DNA of 64,000 nt from Candidatus Latescibacterota bacterium. Lineage in GTDB: Bacteria; Latescibacterota; UBA2968; UBA8231. Below the pieces are notes generated by a model, which had not been told where the DNA came from, did no database searches, and saw nothing but the letters and a program-made list of their open reading frames with translations. Shown piece by piece: positions 28,690-37,882 of the stretch (positions are counted from its first letter, which is position 1; the number at the start of each line of letters is the position of its first letter). The position numbers and the translations under genes are program-made. The stretch spans positions 1 through 64,000 of the forward strand of contig CBDCSU010000004.1 of assembly GCA_965221775.1 (NCBI GenBank), given 5' to 3'.

Positions 28690-29061
28690 TCACTTCTGGC
28701 GGTGGAAGAGCTGCAGGTTCAGTTGGTTCGGCCCCTCGAAGAACCCGAGGGTGATGCCGGTCCCGCCGCCCACGTCGAAGGGCTCCTTGGTGATGGTGAC
28801 CCCCTTGTCCCGCAGCTCCCGGGCGCTCTCCTCGACGCTGTCGACCTCGAAGGAGATGTGGTGGAAGCCGGGGTCCAGGCCCATGGTCTTCCGCGGCATG
28901 AGCTCGAGAGTGATCCCGCCGGCGTCGAGGAAGACGTAGTCCTCGTCGTCCTCGGTGGGGAAGCGCTCCACCACGGTGAGCCCGAGTTGCTGCGTGTAGA
29001 ACGCCACCGCGGCCTCGATGTCGTCGGCGATGACGGCGATCTTGTGGATCTTGCGCACCAT
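28690..29061 (-). CDS. VOC (glyoxalase) family protein
   Basis: AAVAFYTQQLGL, LELM, GFHHISFEVD, FFEGPNQ. Confidence 0.88.
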   Translation of the reverse strand: MVRKIHKIAVIADDIEAAVAFYTQQLGLTVVERFPTEDDEDYVFLDAGGITLELMPRKTMGLDPGFHHISFEVDSVEESARELRDKGVTITKEPFDVGGGTGITLGFFEGPNQLNLQLFHRQK

Positions 29062-29113
29062 CTGAGTTCCTCCTGGTCTGAACTGTTTCTGAGAAGTGGC
29101 CCTGCGGCCCCGG

Positions 29114-30193
29114 TCAGTTGTCAGCCGCTTCCTCCTTCAACCCGTGCTTGTGGATCGCCTGCGCCACGGACTCGCACCAGGCCACGAGGGCTTCCATCTC
29201 GTCGACGGCCAACGGGCGATCGACGCGGCACTTGAGGTCCCGTCCCGCAGGTGAGAAGAGTCCCGTCGCTTCCGCTTCCTTCTGCAGAGACTCGATCTCC
29301 TCGGCCGGCACCGCGGTCTTCTTGTGGATGCCTCCCCGGCCGAGCAGGTTCGTGTAGAAGGTCTGCTTGAAGACCGATCCCGGTGGGTAGGCGTAGCCTA
29401 CGACGACCCTGCTCCCGTCGATGTCCTCCGGGAGGGAGAAGCCCCGGCTTCCCCAATGGATGGACAGCGACTTGCGTCTCGCCCAGTCGAGGAGTCTCGA
29501 GAAGACCGCCTTCCCATGCTCATCGCAGGAATCGAGAAACTCGGTCTCCGAGATGACAGGCAGAGACCCGGACTCCAGTCTGTCCACCCTCGCCTGTTCC
29601 GTTCCCACCACGACATCCTGAGACAACACACGACCTCCATCCTGGGCCTGGAAGAAGGTGAACTCGATGCAGATGACGCCGATCCCCTTGGATCCCAGGA
29701 ACGATGCGGTCTGCCGGATCTCGGGGGATATGCGCTGCCCGATGATGACGATGCGCTGGTCCTTGTTGAAGGCTATGGCCTCACCCTCATCGAGCTCGAA
29801 GTGCTCCCGGTGACGGTCGACGAGGCTGAGCGTCTCGTCATGTTCGTACCACCGGAAGACCCCCTCGAGCGCGTCCGCGTCGAGCCGTTCGGCGAAGGCG
29901 GCGTACTCCAGAGCCTGGGCGACCACGTCCCGTGGTGTGCGATCCCGCTTCAACTCGACGACAACTGCGCGGCCCCTGCGGTCCACGCCGAGCAGGTCGA
30001 TGAATCCTCCGAGGTCGGTTCGGACCTGTCGCCCGATGATCAGGATTCCGCCGTCTTCCAGGATCGCGTCAGGATTGGATTCCAGCCACTTCTCGAGGAC
30101 GGACTCGTCGTGATCAGCCTCGAAGGGCAGCCGCTGGTACTCGGTGAACGCGTGGTGGCGCTCGGACTCTGATCCCATGTGGAAGATTCTCAT
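29114..30193 (-). CDS. NucS/DUF91-like PD-(D/E)xK endonuclease domain protein
   Basis: ESVLEKWL, IGRQV, FIDLLGVD, VVVELKR, VVAQALEYA; visibly less GC-rich than flanks. Confidence 0.8.
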   Translation of the reverse strand: MRIFHMGSESERHHAFTEYQRLPFEADHDESVLEKWLESNPDAILEDGGILIIGRQVRTDLGGFIDLLGVDRRGRAVVVELKRDRTPRDVVAQALEYAAFAERLDADALEGVFRWYEHDETLSLVDRHREHFELDEGEAIAFNKDQRIVIIGQRISPEIRQTASFLGSKGIGVICIEFTFFQAQDGGRVLSQDVVVGTEQARVDRLESGSLPVISETEFLDSCDEHGKAVFSRLLDWARRKSLSIHWGSRGFSLPEDIDGSRVVVGYAYPPGSVFKQTFYTNLLGRGGIHKKTAVPAEEIESLQKEAEATGLFSPAGRDLKCRVDRPLAVDEMEALVAWCESVAQAIHKHGLKEEAADN

Positions 30194-30400
30194 GGCAGTT
30201 CGAGCTCGTCGGCGGCAGGAGAGAGGGGTCCATTATCGTCTGCCGGTCTCCGGGCGAGCAAGCCCCCGCGCCGGATGCCGCAACGGTCCGGCAGCCCCCG
30301 ATGGTGAGCTAGGGCACACACTACTGTCACCGATGGACGCCGCCTTGGGCCGCCGGTCCCGGGAGACCGGCCGGGCACGGAGCTTGCGCCTCCCCCGCCC

Positions 30401-31990
30401 ATGCTCCCGCGCCCCACCGCCGCCGCGCTGCTGTGCGCCGGCCTCCTGACTCCCTGCCCGTCTCCAGCCGACACAGGACCGGCCCTGCCGGGGGAGGGAG
30501 ACCAGGCCGCCGCCCAGGCGCGCGCCGACGCCCGCCCCGTGGGGGAGGGGTCCCTGCGGCTGCGGTTCCGCGGCGGCGAGGCCTCCCTCGACGGGCTCCG
30601 CCTCTACCAGCGGGCGGAGGGCCGCATCGGCGCCTGGGAACTGGCCGCCGTGGGCGAGCGCGACCCCGGCGAGCGGCGCTGGTTCGACCACGTCGTCGGT
30701 TACGCCCACCGGCGGCCGGAGGCTGGCGGTCCCGAGGTCGCCCTGGGGAGCCTGCGGCCGGCCTTCGGCCAGGGCCTGCTCTTCGGCCGCGGCCGCTCGA
30801 TGGGGGTGCCGGCGCCCGGCCCGCGGCGCGACGGCGAGGCCGTGGGCTACCGCTCCGCCGCCGAGAACCGGGACCTGCTCGGCCTCTTCCTGCGCGGGCG
30901 CCGCGGGGCCGTCCGCCTGAGCCTCGTGGCCGGCGGGTTCCGCCGCGACGCCCGCCTCGACACCTTCGGCGCCGCCGTGTCGCTGCCGGAGGACGGGACC
31001 CACACCGGCACCCGCCGGGACTACCGGGACCGTCTCTCGGGGCGGGTCCTGGGGGCCCGCGCCACCGCCGCCGGCGAGGGCGCCCGTCTTGGCATCACCG
31101 TCCAGCACCTGGCCTTCAGCCGCCTCCTGGACCTGCGCCGGCCCGGACGGGTGCCGTCGGCGTTCTCCGGCCGCGGGCAGGGGGCCGCCGCCATCGACGG
31201 CAGCGCTACCCTTGGAAGGGCGCGTCTCTTCGGCGCCGCCGCCATCGCCGGGGGGCGTCCGGCCCTGGTGGCGGGCCTCTCGGGGGTGCCGGCGGCCGGG
31301 GTGCGGTTGGACCTCCTCGCCCGCGGCTCGGCGCCGGGGTTCTTCAGCCCCTTCGGCGCCTCCGTCCTCGGGGGAAGCAGCGGCCAGCGGGGCGTGACCG
31401 CGCGCATCCGGGGCCGCGGCTGGCGGCTGTGGCTGGACGAGACGCGCCGCTCCGCCGCCCGCTGGACCGAGCCGGTTCCCGGCGGCAGCAGCGGCCTCGG
31501 TCTGAGCTGGCGGCGGCGGCCGGTCCGTCGGCTGGAGGTGACGGTCGACGCCCAGCGGCGGCGCAGCAGCGGCTGGTCCCAGGGCTCGCAGGTCTTCCCG
31601 GTCACCGAGCGCGCCCGGGTGCGGGGGCGCTGGTCGCCGGGGGACCTGCGGCTCGAGGCCCGCCTCGAGGGCGTGCGCTCCGGCGGCCTGCGCGGGGCCG
31701 CCCTGGGCCTGGGCAGCCGCCGCCGCACCCCCCGGGGGGAGTGGTCGCTCCAGGCCACGCGCTACCGCACCGGCGGCTACGCCGCGAGGATCTACGAGTA
31801 CGAGCGCGACCTGCCCGGCTCGGTCAGCATCCGCCCCCTGTACGGAGACGGCTGGCGGGTCTGCGCCCTCGGCGGCCTCCGCGTGGACGGGCCGCTCGGG
31901 CCGCTGTGGATCTGGCTGCGGGGACGCCTCCAGGCGCGGCCCCTCAAGCGCCAGGCAGGGGTGCAGGTCGAGCTGGCGCAACCGCGTTGA
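30401..31990 (+). CDS. Putative outer-membrane beta-barrel protein
   Basis: Signal peptide; FGQGLLF and 'YAARIYEYERDLPG....PLYGDGWR' motifs recalled from Bacteroidota HhH-associated barrels; amphipathic strands. Confidence 0.6.
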   Translation: MLPRPTAAALLCAGLLTPCPSPADTGPALPGEGDQAAAQARADARPVGEGSLRLRFRGGEASLDGLRLYQRAEGRIGAWELAAVGERDPGERRWFDHVVGYAHRRPEAGGPEVALGSLRPAFGQGLLFGRGRSMGVPAPGPRRDGEAVGYRSAAENRDLLGLFLRGRRGAVRLSLVAGGFRRDARLDTFGAAVSLPEDGTHTGTRRDYRDRLSGRVLGARATAAGEGARLGITVQHLAFSRLLDLRRPGRVPSAFSGRGQGAAAIDGSATLGRARLFGAAAIAGGRPALVAGLSGVPAAGVRLDLLARGSAPGFFSPFGASVLGGSSGQRGVTARIRGRGWRLWLDETRRSAARWTEPVPGGSSGLGLSWRRRPVRRLEVTVDAQRRRSSGWSQGSQVFPVTERARVRGRWSPGDLRLEARLEGVRSGGLRGAALGLGSRRRTPRGEWSLQATRYRTGGYAARIYEYERDLPGSVSIRPLYGDGWRVCALGGLRVDGPLGPLWIWLRGRLQARPLKRQAGVQVELAQPR

Positions 31991-32026
31991 CACTCCCGCG
32001 CCGCGCCCGGAGTTTCCACCGGCGAC

Positions 32027-33604
32027 ATGCGGATCTCCACGGATTACGTCGTCGTCGGCAGCGGTATCGCCGGTCTCTACTTCGCCATCCAGGCGGCCCG
32101 TTCCGGGGCCCGGGTGGCGGTCGTCACCAAGAAGGAGGCGGCCGACTCCAACACCCGTTTCGCCCAGGGGGGCATCGCCGCCGTTCTCGGGCCGGGGGAC
32201 TCGCCCGAGACCCACGTCCGCGACACCCTCGAGTCCGGGGCCGGCCTGTGCGACCCCGAGGTGGTGGAGACCGTGGTCCGGGAGGGCCCCGGACGGGTGC
32301 AGGACCTCGTCGCCCTGGGGGTGCGGTTCTCCAGGGCCGGCGACGGCCGGCTCAGCCTCGGCCGCGAGGGCGGCCACTCCACCCACCGCGTGGCCCACGC
32401 CGACGACTGGACCGGCCGCGAGCTGGTGCGGGCCCTGCTGGCGGCAGCCCAGGCCGAGGAGCGGATCACCCCCTTCCCCGGCCACCTCGCCCTCGACCTG
32501 ATCGTCGACGGGCAGGGCCGCTGCCGCGGCGTCCGGGCGTTCTCCGAGCGTCCCGCCGCCCAAGTCACCGACTTCACGGCGCCGGTCACGGTCCTGGCCA
32601 CGGGCGGCGCCGGCCGCATCTACGCCAGCACCACCAACCCGGCGGTGGCCACGGGGGACGGGATCGCCATGGCCTGGCGCGCCGGGGCGACGGTGGCCAA
32701 CCTGGAGTTCTTCCAGTTCCACCCCACGGCCCTGGCCCACCCCGGGGGGCGGACCTTCCTGATCTCCGAGGCCCTGCGCGGGTACGGCGCCGTCGTCGTC
32801 AACCACGAGGGCGAGCCCTTCGTGGAGCGGCAGCTCCCCGGCGGCTCCCTGGCCACCCGCGACGTGGTGGCCCGCGCCATCGTCGCCGAGATGCGCCGCA
32901 GCGGCCGCGACTGCGTCTACCTCGACGCGACTTCCAAGGACCCGGAGGAGACGCGCCGCCGCTTCCCCAACATCAGCCGCTACTGCGCCGGCCTGGGCAT
33001 CGACATCACCCGCCAGCCCATCCCCGTGGCCCCCGCCGCCCACTACCTGTGCGGCGGCGTGCACACCGATGTCGACGGCCGCACCGACCTTCCGGGACTT
33101 TATGCGATCGGTGAGGTCGGACACACGGCGTTCCACGGCGCCAACAGGTTGGCCAGCAACTCACTGTTGGAGGCGGTGGTCCTCGCCGGCCGCGCTTTCG
33201 AGGCGGCGGATGGTGCGGCGCCCGTCTCCGCCATGTCCGTTGCGGGGGGCCGCGACCGGTCCCGCAGCAGTCTCCCCTGCGCCCCGGCGGCCGACCGCCT
33301 GGGGCGGATCATGCTGCAGGAGGTGGGGATCACCCGCACCGACGCGGGCCTGCGCCGGGCCTGCGATCTCCTGGACGAACTGGACCGTGAGGTCCCGGAG
33401 GGCGGCCTCGATCCCGCCTCCGTGGACCTGCGCAACCGCATCGACGCGGCCCGCCTGGTGGCGCACTCGGCGCGCCGGCGCCAAGAGAGCCGGGGCGTCC
33501 ACTACAACGAGGACCACCCCGAACGGGACGACGAGACCTGGGGCCGCGTCAGCCTGCTTCGCCGGGAGCCCCGGGACGGTCTCCCGGCCCCGGCAACCCG
33601 CTGA
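32027..33604 (+). CDS. nadB: L-aspartate oxidase
   Basis: GSGIAGL, AQGGIAAV, REGGHS, EFFQFHPT, LISEALRG, AHYLCGG, HGANRLASNSLLE. Confidence 0.96.
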   Translation: MRISTDYVVVGSGIAGLYFAIQAARSGARVAVVTKKEAADSNTRFAQGGIAAVLGPGDSPETHVRDTLESGAGLCDPEVVETVVREGPGRVQDLVALGVRFSRAGDGRLSLGREGGHSTHRVAHADDWTGRELVRALLAAAQAEERITPFPGHLALDLIVDGQGRCRGVRAFSERPAAQVTDFTAPVTVLATGGAGRIYASTTNPAVATGDGIAMAWRAGATVANLEFFQFHPTALAHPGGRTFLISEALRGYGAVVVNHEGEPFVERQLPGGSLATRDVVARAIVAEMRRSGRDCVYLDATSKDPEETRRRFPNISRYCAGLGIDITRQPIPVAPAAHYLCGGVHTDVDGRTDLPGLYAIGEVGHTAFHGANRLASNSLLEAVVLAGRAFEAADGAAPVSAMSVAGGRDRSRSSLPCAPAADRLGRIMLQEVGITRTDAGLRRACDLLDELDREVPEGGLDPASVDLRNRIDAARLVAHSARRRQESRGVHYNEDHPERDDETWGRVSLLRREPRDGLPAPATR

Positions 33605-33675
33605 TTGTCCCTCCCGGGCCGGCCGTTATATTCCCCTCTCTCCCCGCCCCCCCTCCCCGCAGGGAGTCCCGCCCC

Positions 33676-35490
33676 TTGGGCATCGTCGTCCTCGACTTCG
33701 GCGGCCAGTACGCCCACCTCATCGCCAACCGGGTCCGCCGCCTCCACGTGTGGGCCGAGATCCGCCCCCCCGACACCCCCGTCGAGGAGCTGGCCCGGGC
33801 CGACGGCCTGATCCTCTCCGGCGGGCCCTCCAGCGTCTACGCCGACGGCCGCCCTCCCTTCGAGGAGGCGGTGCTCTCCACCGGCCAACCGATCCTCGGG
33901 CTGTGCTACGGCCACCAGCTCCTGTGCCACGCCCTCGGGGGCCGCGTCGAGAGGGGCGAGCGCATGGAGTACGGCGCCGCCTCCCTGGAGGTGACCGCGG
34001 CCACGGGGGTGCTGGCCGGCCTGGGTCCGCGCGAGCCGATCTGGATGAGCCACCGCGACCGGGTGGAGGAGATCCCCCCGGGCTTCGAGGTCCTCGGCCG
34101 CACCGGGGACTGCCCGGTGGCCGCCATGGGGCATGAAGACCGCCGCATCTACGGCCTCCAGTTCCACCCCGAGGTGACCCACACCGAGTCGGGGATGCGC
34201 ATCCTCGACAACTTCCTCGACCTGTGCGGCTGCGAGCGCGACTGGACGATGGAGGGCTTCATCGACCGCTCCATGGAGGGGCTGAAGGCCCAGGCCCGCG
34301 GGCGCAAGGTCTTCCTCCTCGTCTCCGGCGGCGTCGACTCCACCGTCTGCTTCCTGCTCCTCAACCGCGCCCTCGGCACCGGCCGCGTCCTCGGTCTGCA
34401 CATCGACAACGGCTTCATGCGCAAGGGCGAGACCGCCGCCGTGGAGAGCCTGCTCAAGGAGTCCGGGTTCTCGAACCTGAAGGTGGTCGACGCCAGCGCC
34501 GCCTTCCTGGGCCGCGTCGCCGGGGTCGCCGACCCGGAGGCCAAGCGCCTGGCCATCGGCGAGGAGTTCATCGAGGTCCGCGACCGGGTGCTGGCCGACC
34601 TCGACCTCGACCCGGACCAGTGGCTTCTCGGGCAGGGCACCCTGTACACCGACACGATCGAGTCGGGGGGCACCGACCACGCCGAGGTCATCAAGACCCA
34701 CCACAACCGCGTCGGCGTCATCGAGCGGCTGCTGGCCGAGGGCAAGGTGGTGGAGCCCTTGAGCCAGCTCTACAAGGACGAGGTGCGAGAGCTGGGCGAG
34801 AAGCTGGGCGTGCCCCATCACCTCGTCTGGCGGCATCCCTTTCCCGGCCCCGGACTGGCGGTCCGCTGCCTGTGCGCCGGTCCCGGCGCCGGCCAGGACG
34901 ACGCCGTCGGCGAGCCTCCGCCCCTGGACGTCCCCGGGCTGACCGCGGAGGTCCTGCCCCTGCGCAGCGTCGGCGTGCAGGGGGACGGGCGCACCTATGC
35001 CCATCCGGCCCTGCTCAGCGCATCAGGCGCCGCGTTCCTGCCCGGGGAGGGGGGCGGTCCCTCGTGGGACGACCTCGAGCGCGCCTCCACGGAGCTGACC
35101 AACTCCACGGACCGGGTCAACCGCGTCCTCTTCCAGCTGGGGCCGGAACAGCGCCTGCGGCAGAGCCCGCGGGAGGCCTACCTCACGACGGAGCGCCTGG
35201 ACCTGCTGCGCGAGGCCGACGCCATCGTCATGGAGGCCCTGGACCGCCGCGGCCTCATGCCCCGGCTGACGCAGATGCCCACGGTCCTGGTGCCCCTCTC
35301 CTCCGACGGCGTGAGCGAGAGCATCGTCCTGCGGCCGGTGACCACCGAGGACTTCATGACGGCGCGGTTCGGCCGGCTGCCGGCGGACTTCCTGCGCGAG
35401 GTCACCGGGCGGCTGCTGGCTCTGGAGGGGGTGGAGGCGGTCTACTACGACGTCACCCACAAGCCGCCGGGCACGGTGGAGTGGGAGTGA
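33676..35490 (+). CDS. guaA: GMP synthase (glutamine-hydrolysing)
   Basis: LDFGGQY, GLCYGHQ, QFHPEV, SGGVDS, IKTHHN, RHPFPGPGL, KPPGTVEWE. Confidence 0.97.
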   Translation: MGIVVLDFGGQYAHLIANRVRRLHVWAEIRPPDTPVEELARADGLILSGGPSSVYADGRPPFEEAVLSTGQPILGLCYGHQLLCHALGGRVERGERMEYGAASLEVTAATGVLAGLGPREPIWMSHRDRVEEIPPGFEVLGRTGDCPVAAMGHEDRRIYGLQFHPEVTHTESGMRILDNFLDLCGCERDWTMEGFIDRSMEGLKAQARGRKVFLLVSGGVDSTVCFLLLNRALGTGRVLGLHIDNGFMRKGETAAVESLLKESGFSNLKVVDASAAFLGRVAGVADPEAKRLAIGEEFIEVRDRVLADLDLDPDQWLLGQGTLYTDTIESGGTDHAEVIKTHHNRVGVIERLLAEGKVVEPLSQLYKDEVRELGEKLGVPHHLVWRHPFPGPGLAVRCLCAGPGAGQDDAVGEPPPLDVPGLTAEVLPLRSVGVQGDGRTYAHPALLSASGAAFLPGEGGGPSWDDLERASTELTNSTDRVNRVLFQLGPEQRLRQSPREAYLTTERLDLLREADAIVMEALDRRGLMPRLTQMPTVLVPLSSDGVSESIVLRPVTTEDFMTARFGRLPADFLREVTGRLLALEGVEAVYYDVTHKPPGTVEWE

Positions 35491-35500
35491 TGGCCGGCGG

Positions 35501-36751
35501 TCACCGCACCAGGTAGTACCGGCTCTTCCCCCGGCGGATCACGACGCAGCGGCCGTGCAGGCGGTCGTCCCGGCCGACGCGGCGGGACTCCTCGGTGCAG
35601 CGCTCGCCGTTGATCCAGATGGCGCCGGCGCCGATGTCCTGGCGGGCCTGCCGCCGGGAGGAGGAGACGCCGGCCTCCGCGAGCAGTTCCACGAGGCCCT
35701 GCTCCTCGCCCTCCATGGTGTGGGAGGGCACCCCGTCGAAGGCCAGCTCCAGGTCCTCCTCGCGCAGCTCCCGCACCTTCCCCTGGAACAGGGCCCGCGA
35801 GATCCGTTCCGCCTGGCTGGCGGCCCCGGGGCCGTGGACGACGGCCGTGGCCTCGCGGGCCAGGGTGCGCTGCGCCTCCCGGGCGCCGGGGTCGGCGGCC
35901 ACCGACTCCTCGAGCTGGGCGATCTCGTCGGGGCTCAGGAAGGTGAAGATCTTCAGGTAGGCGGCCACGTTGCGGTCGTCGGTGTTGATCCAGTACTGGT
36001 AGAACTCGTACGGCGAGGTCCGCTCCGGGGAGAGCCACAGGGCGCCGGCCTCGGTCTTGCCGAACTTGGCGCCGTCGGCGCTGGTCACGAGGGGGCAGGT
36101 GAGGCCGAAGGCCTTGGCGCCGTCGGCGCGGCGGATCAGGTCGGAGCCGGCGGTGATGTTGCCCCACTGGTCGCTGCCGCCGGTCTGCAGCTGGCAGCCG
36201 AGGCGCCGGTGCAGCTCCAGGAAGTCGTAGGCCTGCAGCACCATGTAGCTGAACTCGGTGTACGAGATCCCCGTCTTCAGGCGCGAGGCGACCGACTCCT
36301 TGGCGAGCATGTAGGGCACGGGGAAGTGCTTGCCCACGTCGCGCATCAGCTCGATGGCGGTGACCCCGGAGAGCCAGTCGAGGTTGTTCACCAGCCGCGC
36401 CGGGTTCGTCTTCACCTCGAAGTCGAGGAAGGGCTCCACCTGGGCGCGGATCTTCCCGGTGAAGGCTTCCACCACCTCCGCCGGGTTGAGGGCGCGCTCC
36501 TGGTCCTTGCCGCCGGGATCGCCGATGAGGCCGGTGCCGCCGCCCACCAGGCAGATCGGGTGGTGCCCGGCCAACTGGAAGCGGCGCAGCATCAGCAGCG
36601 GCACGAGGTTGCCGATGGTCAGGCTGTCGGCGGTGGGGTCGAAGCCGTTGTAGAGCGTGACCGGCCCCTGCGCCAGCCGCTCCGCCAGGCCGTCGAGGTC
36701 GGTGACCTGGTGCAGCAGGCCCCGGTACATCAGATCTTCGAGGACGTTCAT
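35501..36751 (-). CDS. tyrS: Tyrosine--tRNA ligase
   Basis: YNGFDPTADSL, IGDPGG, LQAYDF, QTGGSDQWGNI, KFGKT, C-terminal S4 domain. Confidence 0.97.
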   Translation of the reverse strand: MNVLEDLMYRGLLHQVTDLDGLAERLAQGPVTLYNGFDPTADSLTIGNLVPLLMLRRFQLAGHHPICLVGGGTGLIGDPGGKDQERALNPAEVVEAFTGKIRAQVEPFLDFEVKTNPARLVNNLDWLSGVTAIELMRDVGKHFPVPYMLAKESVASRLKTGISYTEFSYMVLQAYDFLELHRRLGCQLQTGGSDQWGNITAGSDLIRRADGAKAFGLTCPLVTSADGAKFGKTEAGALWLSPERTSPYEFYQYWINTDDRNVAAYLKIFTFLSPDEIAQLEESVAADPGAREAQRTLAREATAVVHGPGAASQAERISRALFQGKVRELREEDLELAFDGVPSHTMEGEEQGLVELLAEAGVSSSRRQARQDIGAGAIWINGERCTEESRRVGRDDRLHGRCVVIRRGKSRYYLVR

Positions 36752-36767
36752 CTCTCTCGCTTCCCGC

Positions 36768-36808
36768 AAAGAAAAACCCCCGATGACGGGATCTCCGTCA
36801 CCGGGGGT
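36768..36808 (-). terminator. Intrinsic terminator (attenuator) in the tyrS leader
   Basis: Minus strand ACCCCCGGTGACGG-agatc-CCGTCATCGGGGGT followed by TTTTCTTT, ending ~16 nt before the tyrS ATG. Confidence 0.85.
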
Positions 36809-36830
36809 GTGAGGTCGAAGGGACCGTCGC

Positions 36831-36911
36831 CTAGCGCTCTGTTCCCCCGGTGCGGATGGCCTCGGCCCGGCGGTATCGGCGGTCGCTGAGGGTCCTTGCA
36901 TGCGATTCCAT
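36831..36911 (-). CDS. Putative tyrS leader peptide MESHARTLSDRRYRRAEAIRTGGTER (26 aa)
   Basis: ATG 7 nt after the -10 box, TAG 22 nt before the terminator, Tyr codon at position 13, contains the antiterminator strand. Confidence 0.65.
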   Translation of the reverse strand: MESHARTLSDRRYRRAEAIRTGGTER

Positions 36912-36918
36912 GGCGGCC

Positions 36919-36948
36919 AATCTACGGGCCGCCGGCCGGATCCGTCAA
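36919..36948 (-). promoter_or_regulatory. Sigma70-type promoter of tyrS leader, TTGACG-N18-TAGATT
   Basis: Near-consensus hexamers on the minus strand. Confidence 0.6.
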
Positions 36949-37022
36949 TCTTCCCTCACGGGGCGTCACTGGCTCGCCGGCGCTATCTTTGCGCCGCACC
37001 CACACGCCAAAGGAGAGATCCC

Positions 37023-37871
37023 GTGCCCCTTCCCACCCGCACCCTCGGCCGCACCGGCGAGACGGTCACCGCCCTCGGTCTGGGCGGCGTCTGCTGGAAC
37101 CTCGCCGATGACGACGACGCGGCCGTGGCCGTGGTCCACCGCGCCATCGACCTCGGCGTCACCTACCTCGACACCGCCTCCAAGTACAACCAGAGCGAGC
37201 GCCGTCTCGGGCTGGCCCTGAAGGACCGGGACCGCGACGGCCTGTTCGTGGCCACCAAGTGCCTGGAGCGCTCCGGCGGCGCCGTGCGCCAGGAGATCGC
37301 CGCCAGCTTCGAGCACCTCGGGGTGGAACAGATCGACCTGATGCAGCTCCACGCCATCGACGAGGCCGGAGGCCTGGAGGAGGTGCTGCGCCCGGACGGC
37401 GCCCTGCGCGTCATCGAGGAGTACCGCCGCGACGGCCGGATCCGCTTCGTCGGTCTCACCGGCCACACCCATCCGGCCGCCTTCGTGGGCATGATCGGCG
37501 AGTACGACTTCGACACCGTCCTCAACCCCCTGGGCGCCGCCAACCGCGTCTGGAACGACTTCTCCTCCACCACCATCCCCGCCGCCCGGGCCCGCGGCAT
37601 GGGGATCATGGCCATGAAGGTGATGGCCTACGGCCAGGTGCCGGCGGAGGACCGGGGGCTGTTCCTGCGCTACGCCATGGGGCTCGACCTCGACGTGGCC
37701 GTCGTCGGCATGGACACGGTGGCGCAGGTGGAGGAGAACGTGGCCCTGGCCGAGGCCTACACGCCGCTGAGCCCTGCCGAGGAGAGCCGCCTCTTCGACA
37801 TCGCGGGACAGGTGGCGGCGGGGGACAAGGGCAAGCTGTTCTGGCTGCCCGAGACGCGAGCCGCGGGCTGA
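37023..37871 (+). CDS. Aldo/keto reductase
   Basis: RTLGRTG, YLDTASKY, FVATK, IDLMQLHA, IRFVGLTGH, MAMK. Confidence 0.92.
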   Translation: MPLPTRTLGRTGETVTALGLGGVCWNLADDDDAAVAVVHRAIDLGVTYLDTASKYNQSERRLGLALKDRDRDGLFVATKCLERSGGAVRQEIAASFEHLGVEQIDLMQLHAIDEAGGLEEVLRPDGALRVIEEYRRDGRIRFVGLTGHTHPAAFVGMIGEYDFDTVLNPLGAANRVWNDFSSTTIPAARARGMGIMAMKVMAYGQVPAEDRGLFLRYAMGLDLDVAVVGMDTVAQVEENVALAEAYTPLSPAEESRLFDIAGQVAAGDKGKLFWLPETRAAG

Positions 37872-37882
37872 GGAGGAGAGAG

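Noticed and set aside
36752-36911. T-box riboswitch upstream of tyrS
   Set aside because: No GGTGG-ACC T-box bulge consensus or stem I features visible; leader-peptide geometry explains the region better.
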